From Camelus dromedarius (taxonomy: Eukaryota): a stretch of DNA of 64,000 nucleotides. A model generated the notes under the pieces. It was not told where the DNA came from and made no database searches. It saw nothing but the letters and a program-made list of their open reading frames with translations. Location of the stretch: contig NC_087436.1 of the NCBI RefSeq assembly GCF_036321535.1, positions 99,140,001-99,204,000 of the forward strand. Reading direction: 5' to 3'. This document shows, one piece after another, positions 1 to 13,340 of this stretch. Within the stretch, counting starts at the first letter, position 1. The number at the start of each line of letters is the position of its first letter. The translations under genes and the position numbers were made by a program.

Positions 1-39
1 ACTAACTTCAAATTTTATTCTGTATTATACAAGTCAAAA

Positions 40-1400
40 ATATTTAATTTATTGTTAGAACTCTGGGAAAATGGCTAAATCAGGATATAAACATAATTTT
101 TTTGGGTGATTCTAAATTGGGACAAGTTAACAAAGAAAGCAAAAATAATGTCATACAGCCGCACCAAAACAGGGCAGAGATACAGAAAAGGTTGTACAAA
201 CTCAGAGTCAGCCTGCAAAAATGCAAAACACATAAAGCATCTGGAAGAGATAACCTAGCACATTCAAGGAGCAGATAAAACTTGTATTCAGTACAAAAGG
301 GACCCTGGGTAATGATAGAAGGTAAATTATATACAAGCTTGCATTGCAATGTGGCAATAGAAATGATTGAGTTATTTTGTAATTTCTTGAAGCAGAAATC
401 TCATTCAAGAACATACAGGTGATAACTCTTCTTCCCTCTCACTAGAAAAACCTCATTCTCAAACATTCACTGTATTTTCAATTAAAAATTATGGTAAAAT
501 AGTTGTGGTAGATTCCAGTGGGTCAACAGAAATTATTAGGTACACTGACAAAACATTCATAAGAGAATATAGAAAATCTGATCATATTAGGTTAGAACAG
601 GATACAATCATTTTTTTGATTTCTGGAACACAATTGGGGAAATTGAATATATACAGTCAAGAAGAACTTTACATGGAGCAAAGCTAAGAAGAGAGGGCTA
701 AAACTACTAAAGAAAATAAAACAGACAATTAGAATTTGCCAAATTACATAACAGGTTTCCAGAAGATGTAGAATAAAGTTTCATTATAATTTTAGAAAAG
801 GTATTTCTCCTGGTATTTCTACTTTTGTACAGTAGAAAGGTCCACTGAATTCTTAGGTAATTTCTGAATGTGATTTTCCTCTTTCTTTAGGAGGTCAGAT
901 AGGGAATTTATTCTTACTTGTGTTTTATTGTATCTTTTAATCTTCTCCAAAGTGATACACTCCATACTCCTGGAAAACTTCCATGAATTAAGGTCAATTG
1001 TAGAAACTAAGGGAATTTTCTATGTAGAAAGACAAAGTATACTGGGCAGGATCAGACACTTATGTAATAAGTTGTTAATTATTTGACAATCAAAATCCCT
1101 GACAAAATTCATTATTCTAGAAATTATAGTACCTAAAGTTTTATTTGCTGACACTTTATAAAGAAATATAGATAGATAAAAGGTATTGATATGGGTTTCC
1201 CCTGGATTACAGAGACAGAATATAAAAAGATAAGTAGAATCACATAAACGCAGATTCTACAAACTTCTATTCAAGGACAATTCAGCATCAGGATAAGGTA
1301 TCACTCTAGAGTTACAAGTTTTAGACAGTCCAAAAATCGTATCATAACCCCAAGGTGAGATACAAAAATCACTCAAAGTCTAGGGTCAAAAGCCTGAAGT
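40..1400 (+). mobile_element. Ancient CR1/L3-family LINE remnant (ORF2 reverse transcriptase C-terminal half and 3' end), fragmented
   Basis: Decayed translations appear in CR1 order: FLGDSKLGQV at 99-128 (~FADDTKLGGV), IQKRLYKL (~IQNDLDRL), KCK, then KRD.G/VMIEGKLYTSLHCNVA (~EKDLGVLVD.KLNMSQQCDVA). Sequence near 970-1070 and 1170-1290 resembles the L3 3' region. Confidence 0.7.
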
Positions 1401-2149
1401 GACACTGACATGTAAGAATTTTGAAGATGACTTTGGTTTGGATGACTGTTGTGGCCATTTGGGGTTTGAATACATATCAGGTTTAAGATTTCTCTGAAGT
1501 TTATCCACTGAAACATCCACTAAAATAACCCACTGCTCTTCACAGACACATTGCACAGGACCAAAGACAGAGAGTAAAAAATTCCAGTCTTAATCCTTCA
1601 TCATTCCTTCATCATCATCCATATGATGGATGTGCCTTTCCATTTTTAAAAGAAGATAAGCATTTTTTAAACAATTATGAAAGTATTTTACTGGCCTTTT
1701 CATCACTTTAAACTTCTTTAAAAAACATAATATAAAACAACATGATTTTTGAACCATGAAGTTTTGTGAATACTAGTTAATCTGATTTAATGGTATGAAG
1801 CTTAAGAAAAAATACATATTTGCTTGAAATTAAGTATTTTTTTCCTGTTGCTCATTTGATTCTTTTTAAAAAATGTTTTCTTATAAACAAAGTATTTATA
1901 TGTGTTTCTTAAAACTACTATTGTAAATCACGGAGAAAAAAAAAGAACATATGTATTATAGTAGTAAGAATTCAGAAATCAAAACTGTATAAACAGATCT
2001 CTAATTTAGTTTCCAGTACCTCTGAGGCTGGCTTTGGAATTAGATAGGGATGCACTCTGAGTAACCATTTTATTGTAGGGAAGCATTAGGGCAAAGATCA
2101 TTCTTAGTCCTCTCAAGAACTCATTTTGGTAAAAATTATGTTGTCATGA

Positions 2150-2262
2150 ACCAATTGTGAGTTCTTTAAGGTCAGAGATAAACTTTCATTCACTTTTTTA
2201 ATCCCTAACATCAAAAGCCAAACATGATACATAGTCGAGACTGAGAAATGAATTTAATCAGT
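2150..2262 (+). mobile_element. L2 LINE 3' end fragment
   Basis: 'tgtgagttctttaaggtcagagataaactttcattcac...catagt' resembles the L2 3' terminus (tgtgagctccttgagggcagggac). Confidence 0.6.
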
Positions 2263-4597
2263 CTGTGAAAGAGAGTTTGGGAAATTGAATTCATTGAAAC
2301 TAATTAAATGTTTTATTGTAGCTTTAACTGCATCTTTTTTTTTTTCTCAAAGTGAGCCACATATCACTGCCTATTTAAACCAAGTCAAACTGATTAAAAA
2401 ACTGTTTGTTTTTGAATATTGCATCAAAATACACACACTTGTCAAACACAGATTTGCTAACTGGCATATGCCAACATTTGAAAGCCTATTTAGGATACTT
2501 ATACTTTCTTACTTTATTAAGTGAGGCTTTTTTCATCAAGAATATTTATTGAACAGAACATCCCATTGAACACTGAAATCAGTTACCAAATAATATAGGA
2601 AAAAATATGCTACATGGGCTAAAGACAGTGTAATGATGCCTACGAAGTGCATTTGTTCTGATTTTATAGTTTACAATAGGTTTGCTTATTTGTATTAATA
2701 GAAGTGTTTTTTTAATTGGCAACAAAATTACTATGTAATTTAATAACTTCTCTCACGTTTCTACTACAATCCGAGACATATTTAGTTCCTTTCTTTATGG
2801 TATTTCAGCCTAAATTAAAAGCGAAATTATACCTAGTATAACTGTTAACCAATGAATGAAATGCTTAGGTCAGGAGAAAAATGCAAGGTCCTGGAGGTGG
2901 GGTAATCCAGCAACTTCCTGCTGTTTTGCAGACTGTCTGCCACGGGTTAGTGGGGACACATATCCAGTCTCTGCTCTACTTACTAGGCTTGTATGGAGTT
3001 ATTTTATTCCGGAAGAGATTCATTGTTGTAAATCATACAGAGGTGTGGATAGGCTGACATTGGCCCTGGGATTCTAGAGACACAAATTTTTTTTCAAAGG
3101 AAAAACGTGAATCCTTAGTGAGTTATGTTTACTTTTACCCTATTTTCCTTTCTTCCTCAGGTACTAATTTTTTTCAAAGAAAGGTTTCATCCTAGTTTTA
3201 ATTCAGATAATAAGGTGAAATTATTTTTTTCTCCATCCCACCCTGAATCTTTACAAGGCAAGGAAAATCTATGTTTCCTGCAAGAATCTATCTCAGGGAT
3301 TACATGAAAGGTTTGTTTTTATGAAAACAGGATGACTAAGCATAAAGCAATTGTTTCTTTGATTGGTTTAAAATTTATGATTCCTGAATTTTTCATGTGT
3401 CTCTGTTGACAATTACATGGCAAAATAAAACAGTGAATGAACAATGCTCATTTTCCAATATTCTCTGTACAACTCTGAATCCAAACATTAAGCCCTAATT
3501 CCTGCTTTCCTTCTTGCCCTAAGTATTCCTTTCAGCGTACTTAAAGTACTCATTACGTTGTTACTCTTCTCAGATTCTCGCTCAGTCTCTGCTCTTTCAT
3601 TTTCCATAAATGAAAATGCCCAGTATTGGACTTGTACTTCTGAGGGTAGATGAAAATAGATTAGCAATCACCCTGATATTTAGTTCATTTTCTCCCGATT
3701 GCAGTTTACTAAATTGGTTTACTGATCATGGTTTCTCATAATCCTTACATGAAAAGTCAAAACAATATTGTACTGCACACTGCTCTTCATTCAACCTATT
3801 CATAGCAACTAAAAACACTTCCCCTTTAAATAACCTTTGCTGTCAGCAAAGATGCACAGTGAGATGTAGAAGCACTAACATAAGTAACTGATAGAATGAA
3901 TAATATATTATTTTGCATAATGACTTAGCATGATGTAACCAGTTATAATGGCAAGAAAATGTGTGCATATTGCAAGTAGTAAGCTAACCAAAACATAAAA
4001 TTGCAATACAGTAGCTAAGAAGAGAGTAAAATAGTTGCTTAATATATAATGCAGCATATATGACTTAATTGGCATATACTGCTACAGACTTAAATGAATC
4101 TCTTTATTCACACATTTTGAAAGTGGTTATTTTTTGATTCATATGCTAAAAATACGACAACAGTTGTTATAAACAAACCATCCTTATGGTGTATACATAG
4201 GCATAGTAATTCAATGTCTTCTCTTTACTTTAAATACACTTTTTTCTTAAGATAGCAGTGTTTTTCCCCTGAGGCTCCCATGTCTGACACAATTGGTTCT
4301 GCACAGAAACGTACCTATAAATAGTGTATGATTTCAAATATACTAAATCAAATGTATTTAGGTAATATGGTCAGATACATGCTGCACAGTATCTGTTTAT
4401 AAAGGTTACAAGCAATCTAAGAACAAGGGTTTCTGCTATAGTGTCTTTTTTGACTAATTTGGGATGACTAAACTCATACCTAAGTATCAATGTGCCATTT
4501 ATCAGGCTCGTCATTTCAACTGCTTCCACTGACAGTTAAAGTAACCAAGTGGTCAACTTAATTCAAGTGTTGATACTGATGATTATTATGTTAATCG

Positions 4598-4730
4598 GCA
4601 GGCATAGAATATAGAGAAATGACTTGCTGAGTCAGGGAAACTTAGCATGAAATTCTTGCTTTATGTTTGATAAGCTCTGTCACCCATTAAGAGAGTAAAT
4701 TAACTGTGATGAAACTTAGTTTCTTCAGAA
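4598..4730 (+). mobile_element. MIR SINE fragment
   Basis: MIR-like core: gagtcag...aaattcttgcttt...agctctgt...ttaactgtgatgaaacttagtttcttc. Confidence 0.5.
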
Positions 4731-5879
4731 AACTACTTGTTCTAAGCATAAAATGTGGTAACTCAGGAAATTCCTACAGGGATTGCAGGCAACCATGCAG
4801 CTCAAGCTTTCCATCTGGTAAAGTCCTTTCTAGTTTATTAAGGTCCTGGACTCTGAAAAGTGTAAATCAAGAGTAATACTTTTTTTTTTTTTAAATCAGT
4901 ATTGTCCTTTTAAACCAGAGCAGTTGAAACTTTGCTTTGACTAACGCTTGGGCTGGTCTACAGCTTTTCCAGTTACTTTCCAATATCAATATGCAACTTT
5001 ATTTTTTAGATATTACATAGTGCATTGCAGACTAAATATGGTGTTAATTCCTGTTTTAATTCAAAAAGAATGTGTGCTCAGGCCTTGTCCCAATGCCCAG
5101 TCATGGTAATCCAAAATCCTGCCTGTAATTCAGCTCTCTACAAATGACATAAAAATCATTTCACCTCTGCTTTTTACCTCAAATTCATCTAACCTCACTC
5201 CAAGGAAAATGGAGGCCATGTGCCTCTCTTGGATTGTCCCTGACCATTATTCCTGGGGATCATAAAGGAAATTCTCAGAATTTTAATTCCTTTACAGAAT
5301 TTCTTCCTATTCTTGAGTAGCAAACGTCATTACCTAAGTTATAAAAAAAATAAACTAACTTTGTACTCTATATGCAATTCCACAAGTGACGTTGTGCCCC
5401 CTAATCTTGGTAGTCTATTTTTTATAGTTGGGATACCAGTTATTTCTTTATACTAAAATATCTCATTTCTTATTTCCTAATAGTCACCAGCACCCCCAAT
5501 TTTCCATATGCATGATGTAACTGGCACTTCATAGAAACATATGACTCAAAGAAACAACACATTCAACAATATTCTGCTGAAAATGCCCAAGTAATCAAAC
5601 TGAGTTCTTGATATGCCAGTGAAACCAGATAATTGTTCTTTCTCAAAAACTGATGTTCAAGTTTATCTTCTTTTTTTGTCAAATACTATATTAACTCTCT
5701 AAAATTCCTAATTATCTCTTTTCTTGCTTACAGTGACAACACATCGTGTCTCCCCAACCGGAAAAAACTGACACTTTTACAGGAAAAAATACTATTTCCT
5801 CTGCTGCAGATGCCCACTTTCCACTTCCACTGACTAACTTCCTCATTGTCTGAAGGGCAATACTGTGTATTTGCTACAA

Positions 5880-5985
5880 AGAGGAATTCTGGTTTCAAAC
5901 TGCAATGATTAGACTCTTGCCTCTGCTTATAAGACTGGGTAAATCTGGGCAAGTTAGTTTACTATTCTGTGCCTCAGTTTCACAA
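5880..5985 (+). mobile_element. MIR SINE fragment
   Basis: 'ctgggcaagttagtttactattctgtgcctcagtttc' matches the MIR core. Confidence 0.7.
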
Positions 5986-6132
5986 GTTAAGTCAGCAATT
6001 TAAATGAGAATGTGGTAGGAATCATCTTCTTCTTTTATGATGACATTAATTTCTTTAATTTGTACACCAGTCCAGATAATAGACATCATGGAATTCTTTA
6101 AAAAAGTGGATTGTTCCAGGTCAATACTTTTT

Positions 6133-6272
6133 TGGCTGTTTTTTTTTATACGGGGGTGGGGGTGGTAATTAGGTTTCTTCATTGATTTCCAGTTGGAGGA
6201 GGTACTGGGGATTGAACCCCTGATCTCTTGGGTGCTCTGCATGTGCTCTACCACTTGAGCTAAACCCTTCCC
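6133..6272 (-). mobile_element. tRNA-derived camelid SINE (Vic-1-like) with 18-bp TSD
   Basis: Minus strand reads gggaagggtttagctcaagtggtagagc (A box)...ggttcaatccc (B box)...aaacctaattacc, then an A-rich tail. TSD tccaggtcaatacttttt at 6115-6132 and 6273-6290. Confidence 0.9.
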
Positions 6273-6990
6273 TCCAGGTCAATACTTTTTGAATGCTTTG
6301 GAAAAAGAAGTATCTTTGGGGCCCTCCTGGGAGTTATGGTTAGTAAGTAGCTGATTAGGTGGCTCAAAATAGATTAACTCCAACATTTTCATTTCTTGAG
6401 CCCTGAAACTCCTTCTCTAGAGTATATAAGAGAAATTCTAAGAGACTGACTTTATTGACTACAGGTCACCACTAAGTCCAGGCTTTAATTAGGTAATCTA
6501 ATAGACTATTAATATTATTCTCAGTAGATCAAACCAACATGTGAAATTCCCAAAACCTGGTTAAGTACACCCATGCCAGTGAATTTGTCCAAACTGAATA
6601 TTATATTTTATTACCTTTTGTCTAACTCCCATTTCCTCACATGCTCTTCAAGATCTTCCTTACTAATACAAACTGAAACATTCTTTTAGGTGTTTTTGTT
6701 TTGTTTTTACCATAAAAGCTTGTTGTCTCCCTGTACTTTTTCAGAATTACCTAAGTCTTCTTGTTACGTGAAGGTGGCAGAGGTGCTTATAAGGCAACTG
6801 TTTCCCTCTTGTAAGTTTCATATATCGAAATGGGATGGTTTTCTGAAAAGTGGGCATGGTTTTGCCTTCACAGGCATTGGTAGACCATGGATTTTGGATG
6901 TTAGCCTTTCTTGTACTCTACATTTGATCAAAGTCTCCATCCCATGTCTTAGAGTCCCACTCATTCTTCACAAATGCCATTCCCATGGAG

Positions 6991-7190
6991 CATGAGTTCA
7001 CAAATATTTTCTTTAAGTGGAAAGACAACAAATATTGTGTGTACATGGGCCATACAGTCTCTGTAGGAACAACTCAACTCTGTCAACTCTGCCATTGATA
7101 TCATGTAAACCAATGTTGTGACTATTGTAATAGCATTTTATTTATAAAAAAAGAGGTGGTAACCTTACAGTCATAGATCGCCAATCCATA
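6991..7190 (+). mobile_element. MER58A-like hAT-Charlie MITE
   Basis: 'gggccatacagtctctgt...actcaactctg...ttttatttataaaaa' is colinear with the MER58A consensus; about 200 bp. Confidence 0.75.
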
Positions 7191-7715
7191 CCTTAGTATA
7201 AGAGATTTGGTAGAATTTAGCCTTTAATAGAAACTGCAGGTTTTCTACTCTGCCTTTTCAGTGACTTTTCAGACACTGCCTTGGCCCTTAGCTATAACTG
7301 TCTGATTACTATAGGTGAACAGAAACTCTTGCAAAGCTGTGGAGGTCTTCAGGCTTTTGACACAGATTGCAATTTGTAATGCTCATAACTTTTCAGTTTT
7401 CTTTTTTCCTATATTTGCTCTCTGGGAATGTCAGAAGACGCCAAGTGCCTATCCAGCTTTCTATTTATCCTTGTTACCATGGTACCTAATTGTCACAGCC
7501 ATTTGAATTCTTACCACCTTGCCGTTCTCCTGCATTTCATTCGATATTGCACCAGAAGTGATCTGAATAATGATGTTGGAATTGCATGCCAGGGAGTACA
7601 TGTGCCACATTTGCCCAACAATGAGATTATCCCAGGACTGCTCAAATATGTGAGAAAACCAACTCATACTTCCATTTTTATAATTTGTTCCATGGGGCCA
7701 CTTCTGCTGCTAATT

Positions 7716-7830
7716 ATTGAATCAGTGAGGGTCACAGCAGATAATAAATGACACAGCTAAATTAAGATAATTTGAAAATGTTTTAATGAAGAAGCTATTC
7801 ACAGAGGTGTGGGAATATATAAGGAAAACA
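7716..7830 (-). mobile_element. ERVL-class LTR fragment (LTR33/LTR16-like)
   Basis: 'ttttaatgaagaagctattcacagaggtgtggg' resembles the reverse of the 3' end of old ERVL LTRs. Confidence 0.4.
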
Positions 7831-10019
7831 GTGTGCTCTTTGGCAAATGTCTGATCTAAGATGCATTGATTTGTATTCATTTAAATTTCAGAAGTCATCT
7901 TGGTTTGTCCTGGTATTTTTGAAATCTTTGAGCTATATTATGATACCTTCCTATGCAGGACTATAGATTGTTTAATATGCTGATAGAAATATCATCAGAT
8001 CCTAAGCACTGATATGAATCTTTTATGGAATTTACCCCTGAAATCATTAAATAAAGTTGGAATAAATTTTGATAAAATTTGCAAATTTTGGGTTTGCTCA
8101 AAACTGCATTATAATCAATTATTTTTTTGTGTAGGGAAGCATATTAGCTTAGACAAATCACTATTTTAGAAATTAAACTACATGGAAATCTAAATTATGG
8201 AAAAATTTAGAAAATACACATAAATAGTCTAAGTTACATATAGTAATTTTAACTAGTTAGAGTCATTCTAGTTAAGATACTGAAAGTGGAAATACTTGCT
8301 TAAAGCCACACATGTGTTAAATGGTCGATTCGAGATGAACACAAAGTCCAATTCACAGCCCTCAGTCCACAAGATCCTGAGCTCACAATACGCCCCATGC
8401 TTTTAGGAAACCTTCAATAATTAATTAAAATAATAATTATTAACACATTCTCCAAGTATTGCTTATATAAAAGGAAAACATAAAATACCATAAAAGTGTC
8501 TTAAGGTTATAGGAACATTCTTCTCAAAATAATTTATTTTGGTATTTGTCTATACATTTTTTTCCACCCACTAAAATTCAGTTTAAACCTTAAAATTGGC
8601 CTATTACTGTTTACTTTTAACCAAATCTTAATTGCTAAAATCTAGAAAAGTTTTGATGTATATAATATTCTTCATGTTTATAATTTTTTTTATATCAAAT
8701 CAAGTATTTTCATGTTATTTCTTTTGGCAATGGCCACCATTAGAAATGTCTAAAGGCTATTTTTCATTTTTTTGTAATATCATTTAACATCAGTAATTCC
8801 TAATTTCTAGTTTCATCTAGTCAAAATGAGAATAAATTAAAATGTACAGGAAAAAAGTTATTACACACTAGGTGTCTCAGATATGATTAAGATCATCAGT
8901 AAGAATGAAAAAGAAATGTGATAACCACCACAAGGGAAAACTTTACATTTAAGGAAACGCACACCTCCAATTATAAACATGCATTTGTTAGAAGACAACT
9001 AAGAACAGGATATTTTACCAAGGATTTAGGGCAGATTCATTCTTCATGTGTTTAAATAGTTAGGCATTATTCCAATATCACATATGAAAAGAAATAATAC
9101 TCAAAATACAATTATTAACCATCTTCTTCAAATAAGTGGCATGCAGAAATGTATTTTCATGGTACTGCATGCTTATCTTGTGAGAGAACTTTAATATTTC
9201 CTTTGTTCTTAGTAGTCTTTTCTCTTTTATGTGAGTATTTGGTGCATACTTTGTTTTGCTGCCCTCTAAAAGTAACAGATTTGGGGCACGGTCACCTTCT
9301 TATTCCCTACTATAAAGTTACTTCTCGCCAACTCTCATTTCTCTTTTAGAAGCACTCTGCCTTTTACTGTCTATCTATTGCTATGTACCTCACCCAATGC
9401 GCTTCAGGCTTATGGTCATCCTACATCCTGTATTTGTGGATGTCCATAAGTGGCAGCGTAATAGCTTTCTCTCCAGGAAGATATACTGTGCTTTTACACA
9501 TAACCAAGTATTTCTTTTCAGTTGGGCTTGAGAAACTAAATAAAGCATACATGTAAAATGTTCAATGGCTATAAACACTTATTCTTTGAAGTTTTTTATG
9601 TCTTCCATACATTTTAATTTAGAAAAAGGCATTAGAGAATTTTAATTTTACATTACAATTTTTAAACCAAAATGAAACACAAGAGTTTAAATATTATTTT
9701 ATATGGAAAAAATGAGATTTATGGTTAAAAAGGCTTTTTTTTTCCTTAGAGGTCATCCTATAAAAATTGGCAACACTTGAAAGATCATATATGTAAAATA
9801 TCACTTCCCAGAATTTGTTTACTGACTTCTCTCAGGCTCCTTTTTCATCAACTTTTCTGGTGTCTCATATATCCCTGTTTATATAATTACAGGAAGGCCT
9901 TGATTTTGAGCATAAATGTGTAAGAATATAAAATTTGGTAAAACAAGCAGTGATAATAAGAAATTCATTTAGTTAAATGACACTAAAAATTAAATACTTC
10001 ATAAAGTATTTAGAGTGAG

Positions 10020-10975
10020 AAGTGATAATAGTATAGGTGTAAATACAGTACTAACCTAGTAAACAAGACTTAGAGTGTCACAGAAAATTTCTTGAAGAGA
10101 CCTCAATTGATTCTGAGGAATGAACAGAATTTAGCTGCATGATGAAGGGACAAGGCATTCTAGACAGAGCACCATGACTTTTGGTGAAACGTCACATATT
10201 TAGAAAGCAAACCATTCTATACAGCATGGTTAGAAGTATATAGAAAAAACTCTAGTTGCCTATCAAACATGACTTATCTTTATTCCTCTATCAGTTCTCT
10301 CTGACTCTTTAATCACAAGAATATCTGGTCCTTCTTTAAATCTAGGTAGGACTACATAACAAAATTTTGGCTAAAGATATGCAAGTGAATATCAGTTATA
10401 ATGTCACCTGAAAGAATTCTTAAGGAAAGGTAGACAAGCTTCTTTGACCCTTTCTCTATCCTGCTGCCTAGGACACAGATAGTTGGACATTTTTTTGTGA
10501 GAAGTAAAATGATATTTGCTTTAAAAATCTGTTTTTGAGTTTTTGTTACTAGCAGTTAAATATAATTTTAACTGGTACAAGTATATATGAAGAATATTAG
10601 AGAGAAATTTTAAGCAACAGTCATATGATGAAGGCCTTTCTTAGATGTTAAAATAAAGATTTTGAACAGTAACTTCCGAATACTGGGGCATCATTAAGCA
10701 CTTTTAAACAAGGGAATATTATGAATGGATTTGAATTTTAGAAACATTTTGCAATAATAGTAAAATTGATTAGGTTGCGACCAGGCAGAAAACAGGAAAA
10801 TCAGTTTCAAAGCTAATGAAGTAATCTAAATGTATCTAGGAAGACCTCAGGTCTTTAATTAAATGACTAGTATCATTCACCAAGATGGAAAGTGAAGGAG
10901 AGGGCATATTTTGAGAGACAGTAATGAGTTCAGATTCAGGTATTTTGCAAGTGAGTATTTATGGGGCATTCAAAG
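10020..10975 (-). mobile_element. L2 LINE fragments interrupted by an MLT1 LTR
   Basis: Purine-rich antisense L2 motifs on both sides of 10250-10579: ggcattctagacagag; ttttaaacaaggga...gatttgaattttagaaa; atgagttcagattcagg. Confidence 0.6.
10250..10579 (+). mobile_element. Old MaLR solo LTR (MLT1I/J/K-like)
   Basis: MLT1 motifs 'tcctgctgcctagga' and 3' end 'tttgttactagcagttaaa...taactggtaca'. Confidence 0.55.
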
Positions 10976-12804
10976 AAAAATTTTTGATTTTCCTGATTCA
11001 AGAAGAAAATTCTGAAAACCAGTAGTCAACATCCTTTGTATGCAAAGATACTAATAGAGTGACTGGAAATCTGGCTTGTTTTCTCTCCAGTAACGCTAAA
11101 CTCTTCTCTCAAACCAAAGAACCATGGATTATAGTTTAAATAAATAAGTTAAGGAGTAAAATGAACACCATCCTACCTAAAACAGGTACACTTAGAGCTT
11201 ATGTTCCACTGCCTAATTTCACAAAGGAATTATAAGGAAAAAAAATTACTGTAATGTGGACATGTGAAACACTGAACTATGTTTCCTGCTTTGCCTGTAG
11301 TTCTGCCTATGTATAAACTAACTTGAAGAAAAGAAAAACTGTCCTCTTGTAATATAATTCTTAAGCCCTGTATAACCTTCAGAAAATGTGGAAGAGTCTG
11401 AAAAGAATATAAAATATGGAAGGAATCCTGTGATAGCATAAATTAATCCAATAATAAACTTTTAAGCTAATGACTCTTAGAGTACAATTTAATAATTTAC
11501 TAAATGACTCAATTCTTATTCCTATAGACCTTTCGAGATATAAATTTCAATTCAGTATGTCTCTGGCACACTAAAAGTAAAATACATATGCAATTCAATG
11601 TTAATTTCTTATTCTAAAAGTCTTTGTAATAGCCCAATTCAGTTATCTTCCTCTTCTCTGACATTTATTTCAATTGAATAAATACAATACATTTCTTCCC
11701 TGTTTTGACTGAATAAGTGAGACAAAGTATGCCTTTGTAATTCCTGCATTCATTAATAGAATGAGTGCTTCTAGAATAGACAAGAAATAAATGCATATAT
11801 GTCTAAATGAACAGGTATATATTCTAGTATTTTCTTTTAATGAGTGTGAGGGCTGATTAGTCACACAATAATTATACCTAAAATATAAGTATTCTAGCTA
11901 ATTATTTTAATTGTGTATGGAATTAGTTTTAATACATAAAATTTGATAACTTCCAATCTATTTCATGATTATAAAAATACCTATGTAGGAAATGCTAAAC
12001 AGATTCTCATAGATCCATAAAATAAAAAAATGAAGCGACTAAAATTATATGATAGCATAGTTTATGTTAGAAAAACATGTTCAGTTACTAATATGCATAT
12101 AAAGCACAGATATAACAAAATGTCAGTGGAATCAAATTTTCTACAAAAAACACGTAATACTTAATGTATATGCACAGAAAATTTGTTTTGCCATACAAAG
12201 TCAAGTTCTGTACAGTTTTTGTTATCTAATTTTGGATATCTGTACTTTCTTCTATGAAGATATATCACTTTTATGTGATATAAACTGAAAGAACAAACAA
12301 AATAAAACCAACACAATAAAATTTTAAAACATACCAAGAAAGAGAACAAAATTACTCAACCAAAACTACTCGAAACCCTGCTTCCATAAAATTCCAAAAG
12401 GAAATTTACTCAGATACTACCTATTTGACAGCCGACATCAAGATAAAAAGATACAACTTTTATTATTTTCAAATAAGCAATGGGAACTTTTGAAATAATA
12501 TAATATTTAAAAGTATCCATTTGCATTTTCAATAGTTCAGTCGATTTCTTATGTATCCAGGATGTTTAAAAAAAAAGTCATGTAAGCCAACAAACCTTGA
12601 CTAAAGTTAACATCAATAAAGTGATCATATCTACAGTAATTGGTGGCTTAATCCTGGAGTGTCTCTTTAATGCAAGTCCAATTATGTCTTTCAGGCTTTT
12701 TTTGGTTTTGTTTTTTAATACTTTTTTTTTTCCCCTTTGGAACAGGGTGTGGAATCGGAGGCTGGAGAGAAGTGACAGTTTGCAATGAGCATCTTCTTAA
12801 GATC

Positions 12805-13340
12805 TGTTTTGGTGATCTATCACTGCAAAACAAAACCCTCAAAACTTAGTGGCTTTAAAGTGCAGTGTATTTTTACCTTTCATGACTGATGGATCACTAA
12901 ATTTATTTGAGTTGGTTTTGTTTGGGGTTTTTCAAGCAATTGCAGTCAGTTGTTAGATGGCACTGCTGTCATCTGAAGCTTTGACAGTGCTAGAGGCCTA
13001 AGGAGGCTCATACACTTGATGGTAGTTGATACTGGCTATCAACTGGCTGCTCAGGGGGGTTGTGAACTGCAGATGCACATATAATCTCTAAGTGTGGCCT
13101 GAGCTTCCTAAGTCATGGTGACTGGATTCTGAGATATGTTCCAAGACCGAAGATTCCAAATAATCCAGACAGAAGCCATTGAGTTTTATGATACAGCTTC
13201 AGAGGTGCTGCACTGTCATTGCCCTGTATTCAGCCCAGATCTAAAGTGAAGGGGGGCTACAGAGGGGTGAGAAAATCAGGAATGGGTCATTGGAAAAGAG
13301 ATACAGGAGAAAGTGGCATTTCTGGAAAGGAGCTACCTCA
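12805..13340 (-). mobile_element. MaLR solo LTR (MLT1F/G/H-like)
   Basis: TG...CA ends; 'caaaacttagtggcttt', 'gtcatctgaagctttgac', 'gtgtggcctgagcttcct'. Confidence 0.75.

Noticed and set aside
3033..3073. Alternative frame SQGQCQPIHTSV* with a PDZ-type C-terminus
   Set aside because: I could not match it to a known protein or find a phase-compatible upstream exon.
6200..6272. tRNA-like sequence with A and B boxes (also at 54270)
   Set aside because: It continues into a SINE body, tail and TSDs, so it is not a tRNA gene.
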